A stretch of DNA of 62,510 bases, the filler included. It is 7 parts of 7 records of this genome, joined end to end, with 100 filler letters (N's around TTAATTAATTAA, not from the genome) between each part and the next. Parts side by side here need not be neighbours in the genome. Positions count along the whole stretch, not along the records: positions 31,905 to 42,954 come from SRR31156797_70839; positions 43,055 to 50,211 come from SRR31156797_70869; 5 more parts are not named here. One strand, written 5' to 3'. The translations under genes were made by a program, and so were the position numbers. Each line of letters opens with the position of its first letter. Position 1 is the first letter of the stretch. The notes beneath the pieces are model-generated. The model was not told where the DNA came from, did not search any database, and was given only the letters and a program-made list of their open reading frames with translations. Positions 39,591-50,311 of the stretch are shown here, one piece after another.

Positions 39591-40877
39591 ATGGATTCGC
39601 ATAGCCGATCGTCCATGGGATTACCGCAAATGAGATGGGTGCGCCAGAGTGCCGACATTCCGCCGGCGGTGGATGTTCCGGCGGAACTGGAACGGGAATG
39701 GCGCCGGATTAAGGACCGGTTGTCTTTACCGTCCGGGGCGGGTGTCGCCATCGGTGTGGGGAGCCGGGGTATTGCCAACCTGGGACCGGTGGTTGGGGCC
39801 GTGGCGGCCGGCTTGAAAAGTGTGGGGTATCGGCCTTTTGTGACCCCGGCCATGGGGTCCCACGGGGGTGCCACGCCGGAAGGCCAGATGGAGGTGCTGC
39901 GTGCCCGGGGCATTACGGAAGAGACCGTGGGCGTGCCGGTTCGGGCCACCATGGATGTGGTATCCATGGGGGAGGCGGACGGCATCCCTTTGTTTCTGGA
40001 CCGATTGGCCCATGAAGCGGACGGCATTGTGCTGATCAACCGCATCAAACCCCACACCAACTTCATCGGCCCCACGGAAAGCGGCCTCATCAAAATGATG
40101 GCCATCGGACTGGGGAATCAGGTGGGTGCCGAGCATTACCACCGCCTTTCCGTTGTGCGCAGCCAGTATGAGATTATCAGCACCGCCGGAAAAGAACTGA
40201 TCCGGAAAAGTCCGGTGCTGTTCGGCGTGGCTCTTTTTGAGAACCAGCGCCATGAGACGGCGGCCGTCAGAATGGCCCTGGCCCATGAAATAGAATCCGT
40301 TGAAGCCGGTCTCCTGAAAAAAGCCCGGAAATGCCTGGCCACCCTGCCGCTCGATGAGATCGATCTCTTGATTATCGACGAGATGGGCAAGGAGATCAGC
40401 GGCGAAGGGATCGATCCCAACGTGGTGGGCCGCGACGTGATTGCGTATGGGGCAAAACGTCCTTTACCCAGAATTACCCGTATCTTTGTTCGGGATCTCA
40501 CAGAGGCCAGTGAAGGGAGCGGTGTGGGCATTGCACAGGCGGATTTCACCACCCAGCGCCTGGTGGACAAGATCGATTTTCATGCCACGGCCATTAACTG
40601 CCTCACCGCCTGTGCACCCGAAGGAGGGAAAATCCCCCTGACCTATGCAACCGACCGTGAAGCCATTGAAAGCGCATTGGTAACCCTTCGGCCTTCGGAA
40701 ACCCGGGATTTGCGCATTGTGCAGATCCGGAACACCATGGCGCTCATGACCCTGCTGGTCTCCACGGCCTGTTTGCCGGAATTAAAGGGGAAAGCGGGAA
40801 TATTCGTGGATCCCCGTGACATAACGCTCACATTTGATGATGACGGCAATCTGATTCCCAGAAGCCTGGGGGCTTAA
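39591..40877 (+). CDS. Lactate racemase (LarA)-like domain protein
   Basis: GSRGIANL, PAMGSHGGATPEGQ, NRIKPHT, ESGLIKM, GKEISGEG. Confidence 0.75.
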   Translation: MDSHSRSSMGLPQMRWVRQSADIPPAVDVPAELEREWRRIKDRLSLPSGAGVAIGVGSRGIANLGPVVGAVAAGLKSVGYRPFVTPAMGSHGGATPEGQMEVLRARGITEETVGVPVRATMDVVSMGEADGIPLFLDRLAHEADGIVLINRIKPHTNFIGPTESGLIKMMAIGLGNQVGAEHYHRLSVVRSQYEIISTAGKELIRKSPVLFGVALFENQRHETAAVRMALAHEIESVEAGLLKKARKCLATLPLDEIDLLIIDEMGKEISGEGIDPNVVGRDVIAYGAKRPLPRITRIFVRDLTEASEGSGVGIAQADFTTQRLVDKIDFHATAINCLTACAPEGGKIPLTYATDREAIESALVTLRPSETRDLRIVQIRNTMALMTLLVSTACLPELKGKAGIFVDPRDITLTFDDDGNLIPRSLGA

Positions 40878-40882
40878 GGGGG

Positions 40883-41959
40883 TTGAATATGGAGGAAATA
40901 TCAAAGAAGGGAGGGTATCGGTTCAAGGACCTTCTGGAGGATCCGGAAACAAACGGGCGGTGGGAAAGGGTGCGCCGTTATTTTTTTCTGCGGGAATCCA
41001 CCTATGACATGACCCATCGCTGCAACATCCGATGCGACGGTTGTTATTATTACGAGGGGGAGAAGCAGTTCGCCCGGGAGAACGTGGATCCTGATCAATG
41101 GCGAAAACTCATGGAGGCGGAGAAAGGGCGGGGCATAACCTATGTGGTTCTGGCGGGCGCCGAACCGTCCCTTGTGCCGGATCTTTGTGATGTCTGTTAC
41201 CAAGAAATACCCCTGGGCGCCGTTGCGTCCAACGGGTTAAGGAAAATCCCCGAGTCGGTCGGTTACAAAATCCATATTTCCGTCTGGGGAAACGATGAGA
41301 CCAGCGCCCGGGTCCGCCACCGGAAAGGGATGCTGCAGCAACAGATTGCCAACTACCAGGGGGATGAGCGGGCGGTCTTTGTCTACACCTTCACCCGCGA
41401 CAACATCGGGGATGCCGAAGCCGTGCTGGATATCCTTGCGGAAGCGGGGTGCAAGGCCACCTTTAACATGTTTTCGGCACCCGTGGGGTACGAAGGCCCC
41501 CTCCGCCACACGGAAGCATCTCTGAAACATGTTCGGGAAACCATGATGATGCTTCTCTTAAGATATCCCGAAACGGTCCTCTTTTCTCCCTATAATATCG
41601 TGGCCCATACCCACCCTTTAGGTCTCCATGCCCTCTACGCCTGCCCATACCCCAGGATGAACCCTTCAAAAGCCCAGGGGCTGGGGCGTTCTTTCAGGCA
41701 GTATCGCACGGATCTCACCTGGAACCGGGCGGCTGCCTGCTGCGTTCCGGATACGGATTGCCATGATTGCCGGCATTACGCCGCCGGGAGCGCCATTGTA
41801 ACGGCGAAGCTGTTCCGCCACGGAACCGAACCCCACACATTCAAATCCTGGCTGGACTATGTGGATACCTATCTTTCGGTGTGGGTGATGGGGTATGAAA
41901 AAGGTGTTAATTTGTGTTCGGATTTGGTGCCTCCCCCCGGGCATGCGCTTTTGATTTAA
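40883..41959 (+). CDS. Radical SAM protein
   Basis: CNIRCDGCY (CxxxCxxC), GAEP, SNG, C-terminal CCVPDTDCHDC. Confidence 0.88.
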   Translation: MNMEEISKKGGYRFKDLLEDPETNGRWERVRRYFFLRESTYDMTHRCNIRCDGCYYYEGEKQFARENVDPDQWRKLMEAEKGRGITYVVLAGAEPSLVPDLCDVCYQEIPLGAVASNGLRKIPESVGYKIHISVWGNDETSARVRHRKGMLQQQIANYQGDERAVFVYTFTRDNIGDAEAVLDILAEAGCKATFNMFSAPVGYEGPLRHTEASLKHVRETMMMLLLRYPETVLFSPYNIVAHTHPLGLHALYACPYPRMNPSKAQGLGRSFRQYRTDLTWNRAAACCVPDTDCHDCRHYAAGSAIVTAKLFRHGTEPHTFKSWLDYVDTYLSVWVMGYEKGVNLCSDLVPPPGHALLI

Positions 41960-41960
41960 G

Positions 41961-42015
41961 CTGTTAGCTGTTAGCAGGTTTTATAAGCTAAACGCTAATG
42001 CCTAACAGCTAACGG
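41961..42015. repeat. Intergenic heptamer inverted-arm element
   Basis: CTGTTAG x2, short spacer, then CTAAACG CTAATGC CTAACAG CTAACGG. Confidence 0.8.
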
Positions 42016-42042
42016 CCCCTTAAAATTAAGGAGTACTTCTGA

Positions 42043-42954
42043 ATGAAAACCGTTAGTTCCCTGCTTAACGAAGAATGGTACAACCGCTACAAAAAAATTT
42101 CCAAGTTGAACATCCGAAGTTCCATTTACGATGTCACCAATCGATGCAACCTACGGTGCAAGGGGTGCTTTTTTTTCTCCTCCGGGGAACATGAAGCGGC
42201 CCGTGAAGAGATGGATATAAAAAAATGGGAGACTTTCATCCATGGGGAAATGGCAAGGGGGGTCAATCTGGCTATTTTGATCGGCGGGGAGCCCACCCTT
42301 TGTCTCGACCGGGTGGAGGCTTTTTACAGCCGGTTGCCCACCTTCTGTGCCACCAACGGCCTCATCAAGGTGCCGAGAGACCGATTTCCCCACATGATGG
42401 TGGGGATTTCATTGTGGGGCGATGAAGAAGATGAAAAGACCCTCAGGGGAAAGGATACCTTTTCCATCTCCAGCAAACACTATGCCGGCGATCCCCACGC
42501 CTACTACCTCTATACCATTACCCCCAAGCAGATGGGGAAAACGGAACAGCTGGTTCAAAAAATCAGGGACGTTGGGCTGAAAGTCCATATGCAGCTCCTT
42601 TCAAATGATGAAGGGGTGGATCAATTTTTCTGGAGCCAAGAACATCTGAACGATATTCGGGACGAAATGGATTATATGCTGGATCATTATCCCGACACGG
42701 TCATTTCATCAAAGTACTACCATGCGGTCATCACCACCGGTCAGATGCTGAACCGTTCCTTCGGGTGGAATGAGTGCCCTTCCGTCACCGAACCCCTGGA
42801 CAGAAGAGATCCCGGCCCCAAACGCCTCATCGGCTTTATCCGGTGGGCATCGGATCTTAAAACCATGCACCGGTGCTGCACATCCGAGACGAGGGACTGT
42901 TCAACTTGCAAGGACGGGGCCGCCCACATGAGCTGGGTCATGGTCAACAAACGG
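42043..42954 (+). CDS. Radical SAM protein (paralog of the upstream gene), 3' truncated
   Basis: CNLRCKGCF, GGEP, TNG, CCTSETRDCSTC. Confidence 0.88.
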
Positions 42955-43054
42955 NNNNNNNNNNNNNNNNNNNNNNNNNNNNNNNNNNNNNNNNNNNNTT
43001 AATTAATTAANNNNNNNNNNNNNNNNNNNNNNNNNNNNNNNNNNNNNNNNNNNN
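42955..43054. other. Artificial contig linker
   Basis: N-run + TTAATTAATTAA + N-run. Confidence 0.99.
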
Positions 43055-43220
43055 AGAGGGCAAACTGCTTGCCAAGCTTCTTATCAATGGGAGCATAAAG
43101 ATCGTTATCATTCCGGTGTGAATCAGAAGTGAAGTCGCAACCGGTAAGAGAAGTAAAACAGATGAATACAATTGCAATCAATTTTTTTTTGACGTTTGGT
43201 CTCAGCATTCTTGTTCCCAT
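43055..43220 (-). CDS. N-terminus of a possible lipoprotein, truncated
   Basis: KKKLIAIVFICFTSLTGC has basic residues, a hydrophobic stretch and a lipobox; the frame runs off the contig. Confidence 0.4.
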
Positions 43221-43315
43221 TTGATTTTTCACGTTAATCCATGGCCCCATGCACTGTTTGATCCGGTATATACCGGCTGGAAGGGTTGCACAACAGAAAT
43301 CAAACAGATGCCCTT

Positions 43316-43792
43316 TCAACGACGGGCGCCTGTGCCGGCCTCATGGACCAGGACCGGCACCGGACACTGCCGGATCAGGGGACGCTTCACCCCGCCGTCC
43401 AGCAACCGCTCCAGCCACCCCCTGGAGCCTGGGCCCAGGATCAATAGATCCATGGGATGGGTTGAGAGAATTCCCAGCAGCTCCGCCACGGGATCGCCGG
43501 CCCTGACAAGGGGCCTGACCCTGGAAGGCCCTGCGCCCATTTTCCCGGCAAAGCGGTTCACCCGGCCAACCACGGCCATGGCGACCCCCGAAAAATACGC
43601 CCGGGTGCTGACCCCATACCCCATGGCAGAGACCGATCCGATCCGGAAAAGAGTGTTCCGATGGATGACGCTTGCGACCCAGAGGGTGGCATGGCTTGCC
43701 ACGGCCATGTTCCAGGCGGTTTTCAACACACTGTCATCCTGCTGGTCCGGAGAAACGGCCACCAAAATGTTTGTAAGATTATCCGGTTTCAT
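43316..43792 (-). CDS. Universal stress protein family
   Basis: NILVAV start, GDPVAEL, DLLILG, CPVPVLV. Confidence 0.8.
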   Translation of the reverse strand: MKPDNLTNILVAVSPDQQDDSVLKTAWNMAVASHATLWVASVIHRNTLFRIGSVSAMGYGVSTRAYFSGVAMAVVGRVNRFAGKMGAGPSRVRPLVRAGDPVAELLGILSTHPMDLLILGPGSRGWLERLLDGGVKRPLIRQCPVPVLVHEAGTGARR

Positions 43793-43856
43793 CTGATCGC
43801 TCCTGTAAAGAGGTTATTTTTCCATGGACCCCCATGGATGGTTTGGTATATAGCTA

Positions 43857-43912
43857 ACCAGAGTCCCTGGTAGAAGTGAAGGACCAGATCTAACATTTGA
43901 GGTCGACCAGAT
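43857..43912. promoter_or_regulatory. Candidate MocR operator repeats
   Basis: ACCAGA (43857), GACCAGAT twice (43882 and 43905) and inverted CTGGT (43867) in the divergent gap. Confidence 0.45.
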
Positions 43913-45382
43913 ATGAAAGAATTGAACCTGAACCTTGTGGAGGAGAAAGCCCCCCTCTATCTGAGGATCGCCCGGGCCATGCGAACGGCCATCCAAGGGG
44001 GCCAGCTGCTTCCTGGGGAACCCCTGCCCTCCACCCGGAAACTTGCCTCCCTCCTTGACTGCCACCGCCATACGGTGATGACGGCCCTGGATGAACTGGT
44101 GGCAGAGGGATGGATCGTTGCAAGGCCCCGCCAGGGCTACCTGGTTTCAACCACCCTGCCGGACACCTTTTTTGCCCCCGGTCCGTCACCCGCCGCGGCA
44201 GGCCCGGCCCCCATTGCGCCCAGGATCGTCCCCTGCCGGGACCGGGAAGAACCGTGCTATCCCCCGCCCCTGGACAGCAAGCATCTCAACCTGCGAAGCG
44301 GGCTTGCGGATCTTCGCCTCTTTCCGGTCAAGGAGTTCAACGCCTGCCTTTCCGACGTGCTGCGGCGGCATCCGGTCAACGCCCTTGGCCTGGGCCCGGC
44401 ATTGGGATCAACGACGCTTATCCGGGAGGTGGGAACCTACCTGCGGCGGGTCAGGGCCGTGGCCGACAAGCGGATCATCATCACCCACGGGTCCCAGGAG
44501 GGAATTTACATGGCCGGGCTGCTGCTGCTGAAACCCGGTGACCGGGTGGCCATGGAGGACCCCGGCTATCCCCTTGCCCGGCAGGCGTTCAAGGCCGCGG
44601 GCGCGGAAATCGTCCCTGTCAAGGCGGACAAGGGCGGCATGGACACCGACCATCTCCGGAAGCTTGTCCAGGGCGGAAAGATCCGCCTCATCTATGTGAC
44701 GCCCCTTCACCAGTTTCCCACCACGGCCACCCTGCCGGCGGACCGGCGGCTCCACCTCTACCAGATTGCGGCAAGGTACGGGCTCCCCATCCTGGAGGAC
44801 GACTATGACCACGAGTACCACTACCGGTCCTACCCGCCCTCCCCCCTGGCGGCCAACGATCCCATGGGCCTTGTCATCTACGTGTCCACCCTTTCCAAGA
44901 CCCTGTTCCCCTCGGTGAGGATCGCCTTCATGGCAGTCCCCCCGGCCTTTGTTCCCGCCATTGAACGCTTTCGAAACATCACCACGCGGCCCCCCGGCCT
45001 GATCAACCAGAATGCCATTGCCAACTGGATTGCCCAGGGCGGTTTCGAACGCCATTTGAGAAAAATGAGAAAATGCTATGAAGAACGGCGGGATATCATG
45101 GTCGCGTGCCTTGAAAAGGCCCGGGAGAACGGCACGCCCCTGTCCTGGTCCGTTCCGGACGGGGGCATGGCACTCTGGCTCGACACCCGCAAGGATTCCC
45201 GCAAGCTTGCCCGACGGGCCGAACAACAGGGGATCTCCCTCCTCCATGAAGGCCTCTTCCGCCTGGCACCGGAAACGGGCACCCACCTGCGCCTGGGGTT
45301 TGCCCACCTCACCCCGGATGAGATCAACCAGGGGATACAACGCCTGACGAAAATCATAAACGCCTGCCCGGATCAGGCATAG
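43913..45382 (+). CDS. MocR/GabR-family PLP-dependent transcriptional regulator
   Basis: LPSTRKLA wHTH, EDPGY, TPLHQFPT, EDDYD, STLSK (PLP Lys). Confidence 0.95.
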   Translation: MKELNLNLVEEKAPLYLRIARAMRTAIQGGQLLPGEPLPSTRKLASLLDCHRHTVMTALDELVAEGWIVARPRQGYLVSTTLPDTFFAPGPSPAAAGPAPIAPRIVPCRDREEPCYPPPLDSKHLNLRSGLADLRLFPVKEFNACLSDVLRRHPVNALGLGPALGSTTLIREVGTYLRRVRAVADKRIIITHGSQEGIYMAGLLLLKPGDRVAMEDPGYPLARQAFKAAGAEIVPVKADKGGMDTDHLRKLVQGGKIRLIYVTPLHQFPTTATLPADRRLHLYQIAARYGLPILEDDYDHEYHYRSYPPSPLAANDPMGLVIYVSTLSKTLFPSVRIAFMAVPPAFVPAIERFRNITTRPPGLINQNAIANWIAQGGFERHLRKMRKCYEERRDIMVACLEKARENGTPLSWSVPDGGMALWLDTRKDSRKLARRAEQQGISLLHEGLFRLAPETGTHLRLGFAHLTPDEINQGIQRLTKIINACPDQA

Positions 45383-45476
45383 GGGAAAAAGGTTTCTCCA
45401 TGGTCGAGCATCACCAGGGCATCCAGGAGATAGCGCCCATGGTCCAAATCTGCGGAGAATCGGCGGCCGGCCATGG

Positions 45477-46067
45477 TTACGCCTCCTTGGGAACAGCCCC
45501 TTTGAGGTAGAAATTGATCCAGGCCTCCCCGGTTTCAAGGAGGGAATCCGCCCCCCGCACCTCTGTCACCACCAGGCCCGCATCCTCAAACACCTTTCTC
45601 AGTTCCGCCTCCTGCCACAAAAAGAAACGTCTGCCCTGGTCATCCAGCCGGGTGCCGCTGCCCTGCTTCATGGAGATGGAAAGAACGCCCCCGGGCTTGA
45701 GCCCCTTGAGCAGGTTGTCCAGGAAAGCAGGAAGGCTGGTTCTCTCCAGATGCACCAGGGAGCCGGTCAACAGCATGGCGTCAACGGCAAGGGTGGAAAA
45801 ATCAAACGCCTGGAAATCCGCCACAATGACCCGACACCCGGAATGCTTTTCCGCAAGATGCGCAAGGCCCGGCGCCCGTTCCAGGCCAAAGGGGAGAAAC
45901 CCCCGCTGTTTCAGCCAAAGTAAATCCCGGCCCGAGCCGCACCCGATATCCGCCACCACCGCGCCCTTTGGAAGGCGCGCGGCAAAGGGTTCAAGGATCG
46001 GCGACGGGTCGATCCCAACGGTTCTCTCAAAATAGCGCTCACACTCCTCCTGGTAAAAATCGGTCAT
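45477..46067 (-). CDS. Class I SAM-dependent methyltransferase
   Basis: VADIGCGSGRD, SLVHL, LKPGG. Confidence 0.9.
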   Translation of the reverse strand: MTDFYQEECERYFERTVGIDPSPILEPFAARLPKGAVVADIGCGSGRDLLWLKQRGFLPFGLERAPGLAHLAEKHSGCRVIVADFQAFDFSTLAVDAMLLTGSLVHLERTSLPAFLDNLLKGLKPGGVLSISMKQGSGTRLDDQGRRFFLWQEAELRKVFEDAGLVVTEVRGADSLLETGEAWINFYLKGAVPKEA

Positions 46068-46134
46068 CCTTCCCCCCTGCCACGGTTGCGGTTCCTGCTG
46101 TCAAACGCCGTAAGCTTTTCAAACCTTACGGCAA

Positions 46135-47430
<1,296 letters not shown>

Positions 47431-47481
47431 CGTTCCTCCCGATTAAGTATTTACAATAATTCGCTCTTCCCTCCCAGATAG

Positions 47482-47497
47482 AGCAAAGAGGATGCCA
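47482..47497 (-). promoter_or_regulatory. Sigma54 (-24/-12) promoter of amtB
   Basis: Minus strand TGGCATCCTCTTTGCT, an exact GG-N10-GC, about 50 bp upstream of the amtB start. Confidence 0.85.
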
Positions 47498-47651
47498 CAC
47501 GGGATAAAAACCCGGCAGTCCCCATAAACAGGCGCTTCCACTCCCTGGCCCGGAAAACCGGGCAGCCCAAAATTACAGATCTGCAATAAACGCCGCCTAA
47601 AGTTACACTCCTGTGTTTTTCAACCTTCGAAAGCGCCATGGCAAAAGATGT

Positions 47652-47680
47652 TTGACAACAAGGATCAAGTTCTGTACAAA
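47652..47680 (+). promoter_or_regulatory. Sigma70-type promoter of the ABC operon
   Basis: TTGACA-17 nt-TACAAA. Confidence 0.6.
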
Positions 47681-47689
47681 AACGTTTAA

Positions 47690-47798
47690 TTTACAATCCT
47701 GTCCGAAGGCAGGAGTAAAACAAGCGGTACACGATAACCAATCAAGCCACGAAGGCGGCACTCCCCTGACGGGAGAGGCATGTCTCGTGGCTTTTTTT
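47690..47798 (+). promoter_or_regulatory. Structured 5' leader with intrinsic terminator (candidate attenuator/riboswitch)
   Basis: Hairpin TCCTGTC-CGAA-GGCAGGA; long stem AAGCCACGA...TCGTGGCTT with inner CTCCC/GGGAG and a T7 tail just before the RBS; CGAAGGC occurs twice. Confidence 0.7.
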
Positions 47799-47820
47799 GT
47801 TTCTAACATCTGGAGGCGTT

Positions 47821-48945
47821 ATGGAGAAAAGACTCGTTGTAACAACATGGATGGCAGTGCTGCTGGTGGTGCTGCCCGTTCCCGGCGTTTGCGATTCCCA
47901 GCGAACCCTGACCGACTCCCTGGGCAATACGGTCACCCTGTCCACCCCCCTAAAGCACACCATCGGGTCCGGGTCCGGCTGCCTGCGGCTCATCACCTAC
48001 CTTGGGGCCCAGGACAAGATCGTGGCAGTGGACGACATCGAGACACGGAGAAACCGGTTTGATTCAAGGCCCTATGCCCTGGCCAATCCCCAGTTAAAAA
48101 CACTTCCCGTCTTTGGTGAGTTCAGGGGCCATGACCATCCCGAACGAATCGTGGGCCTTTCTCCCCTGCCCCAGGTGATTCTCAAGACCTTCAGCAATAT
48201 GGGAATGGATCCTGCGGAACTCCAGCAAAAAACCGGAATTCCCGTGGTGACCATGGCCTACGGCAACCTTGGCAACCAGCGGCAGACCTTTTTTGCGGCC
48301 CTGGAAACCGCGGGCCAAGCCCTGGACAAAGAGGCCCGGGCCCGGGCCGTCATCGCCTTTTTCAACGCCCAGATCACCGAACTGGAAAAACGGACCGCCG
48401 GGGTTGCCCACCCGCCCACCTGCTTTGTGGGGGGCATCGCCTACAAGGGCCCCCACGGATTCCAGTCCACGGAACCGGGATACCCGCCGTTTCAGTTCGT
48501 CAATGCCGTCAATGTGGCCGCAACCCCCGGGAACCTGGGCGGAAAGATGACCCGGAGCACCATCTCCAAGGAGAAGCTCATGGAATGGGACCCGGAGGTG
48601 CTCTTCCTGGATCTTTCCACCCTTCAGATGGGGGATGCCGGGGGCGGACTTGCCGAGCTCAAGACCGATCCGGCATTCCAGGCCCTCACGGCCGTGCAAC
48701 AGGGCCGCATCTTCGGGGTGCTGCCCTATAACTGGTACTCCCAGAACTTCGGCTCCATCCTTGCCAATGCCTGGTTCATCGGCAAGGTGCTCTATCCCGA
48801 CCGCTTCACGGATATCGATCCGGCCCGAAAGGCGGACGAGATCTACACCTTTCTGGTGAATCGCCCCGTGTTCAACACCATGAACGCCAGCTTCGGCAAC
48901 CTTGCATTCAAGCGGATCGACCTCAACAAGGGAGAAAAGGGGTAA
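47821..48945 (+). CDS. Metal-chelate (iron/cobalamin-type) ABC transporter substrate-binding protein
   Basis: TLTDSLGNTV, RPYALANP, ISKEKLMEWDPEV, AVQQGR; start after GGAGG. Confidence 0.88.
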   Translation: MEKRLVVTTWMAVLLVVLPVPGVCDSQRTLTDSLGNTVTLSTPLKHTIGSGSGCLRLITYLGAQDKIVAVDDIETRRNRFDSRPYALANPQLKTLPVFGEFRGHDHPERIVGLSPLPQVILKTFSNMGMDPAELQQKTGIPVVTMAYGNLGNQRQTFFAALETAGQALDKEARARAVIAFFNAQITELEKRTAGVAHPPTCFVGGIAYKGPHGFQSTEPGYPPFQFVNAVNVAATPGNLGGKMTRSTISKEKLMEWDPEVLFLDLSTLQMGDAGGGLAELKTDPAFQALTAVQQGRIFGVLPYNWYSQNFGSILANAWFIGKVLYPDRFTDIDPARKADEIYTFLVNRPVFNTMNASFGNLAFKRIDLNKGEKG

Positions 48946-48946
48946 C

Positions 48947-50017
48947 ATGCATTTTGACGACGGAGAACTATCAACGGCCTACACGGCCTACATTGTCCGG
49001 AAAACCGGCTTTACCCTGGCCATGACAGGAATGCTGGCCCTGATTTTCATCTTTGCCATCAGCGTCGGGGCCGTGAACATCCCCTTCGGGGACGTGGTCA
49101 AAACCCTGGCCGGCACCAGTGTTACAAGGCAGTTCGACATCATCGTATGGAACATCCGCCTCCCCCAGACCCTGACGGCCATTGTGGCAGGCGCGGGCCT
49201 TGCCGTATCCGGGGCGGTGATGCAATCGGTCCTGAAAAATCCCCTGGGCTCCCCCTTCACCCTGGGCATCTCCCATGCGGCGGCGTTCGGCGCGGCTCTT
49301 TCCGTCATGGTCATGGGCACCGGCACCATGGCAAGCTCCCTGTCCGATGCCGTGACCATCACCAACCCCTATATCACCACCGTGGCCGCCTTTCTCTTTG
49401 CCATGGTAACCGCTGGCATCATCACCCTGGTCGCACGGATCAGGGGCGCCTCCCCCGAGGTGATGGTACTCACCGGAGTGGCCCTGGGGTCGCTGTTCAC
49501 GGCCGCCACCATGCTTCTCCAGTTCTTTGCCGACGATGTCCAGCTGTCGGCCATGGTGTTCTGGACCTTTGGAGACGTGGCCCGGACCAGCTGGAAGGAG
49601 CTGGGGTTTCTCTCCCTTGTGACCCTGGTGTCCCTGGTCTTTTTCATGGCCAATGCCTGGAACTACAATGCCACGGACAGCGGGGACGAGACCGCCCGGG
49701 GGCTCGGGGTGCGGGTGGACCGGGTACGGCTCCTGGGCATGGTGATGGCCTCCCTTGTGTCCTCGGTGATCATTGCTTTCGTGGGCATCATCGGATTTGT
49801 GGGCCTTGTGGCCCCCCACATGGTCAGACGGCTCATCGGCGACGACCACCGCTTTCTCCTGCCGGCCACCGCCGCCACCGGCGGGGTGCTGCTGCTGGCC
49901 TCGGACACCGTGGCCCGGCTGATCCTCGCCCCCCACATTTTGCCGGTATCGGTGCTCACCTCGTTCCTGGGCGCCCCGGTGTTCATCTACCTCATCATAA
50001 AAGGATACAGACGATGA
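48947..50017 (+). CDS. FecCD/BtuC-family ABC permease
   Basis: IRLP, LKNPLGSPFTLGIS, ARGLGV, GIIGFVGLVAPH, GAPVF. Confidence 0.93.
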   Translation: MHFDDGELSTAYTAYIVRKTGFTLAMTGMLALIFIFAISVGAVNIPFGDVVKTLAGTSVTRQFDIIVWNIRLPQTLTAIVAGAGLAVSGAVMQSVLKNPLGSPFTLGISHAAAFGAALSVMVMGTGTMASSLSDAVTITNPYITTVAAFLFAMVTAGIITLVARIRGASPEVMVLTGVALGSLFTAATMLLQFFADDVQLSAMVFWTFGDVARTSWKELGFLSLVTLVSLVFFMANAWNYNATDSGDETARGLGVRVDRVRLLGMVMASLVSSVIIAFVGIIGFVGLVAPHMVRRLIGDDHRFLLPATAATGGVLLLASDTVARLILAPHILPVSVLTSFLGAPVFIYLIIKGYRR

Positions 50018-50211
50018 TACTCAAAATCAACGACCTGGCATTCGGCTACACCAGCCGCCCCACCCTTGACAAGATCAGCTTCACGGTCAAAAGGGGGGAG
50101 GTCACCGTCATCCTCGGCCCCAACGGCGTGGGCAAGACCACCCTGTTGAAGTGCATCAACGCCATCCTCAAGCCGACCCGGGGCGATGTCCTGGTGGACG
50201 GGGACGCCATC
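50014..50211 (+). CDS. ABC transporter ATPase, 3' truncated
   Basis: MILKINDLAFGY...LGPNGVGKTTLL. Confidence 0.92.
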
Positions 50212-50311
50212 NNNNNNNNNNNNNNNNNNNNNNNNNNNNNNNNNNNNNNNNNNNNTTAATTAATTAANNNNNNNNNNNNNNNNNNNNNNNNNNNNNNNNN
50301 NNNNNNNNNNN
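50212..50311. other. Artificial contig linker
   Basis: N-run + TTAATTAATTAA + N-run. Confidence 0.99.

Noticed and set aside
47681-47820. Cobalamin riboswitch or canonical ANTAR site
   Set aside because: No B12-box or GGGAA/GCCACTG core is present, and the loops do not fit the ANTAR hexaloop with closing stems. Kept as an unassigned leader.
49147-50013. 370-aa ORF 49147-50259 as a real protein
   Set aside because: Only the part from ATG 50014 is the ABC ATPase; the rest is an off-frame overlap of the permease.
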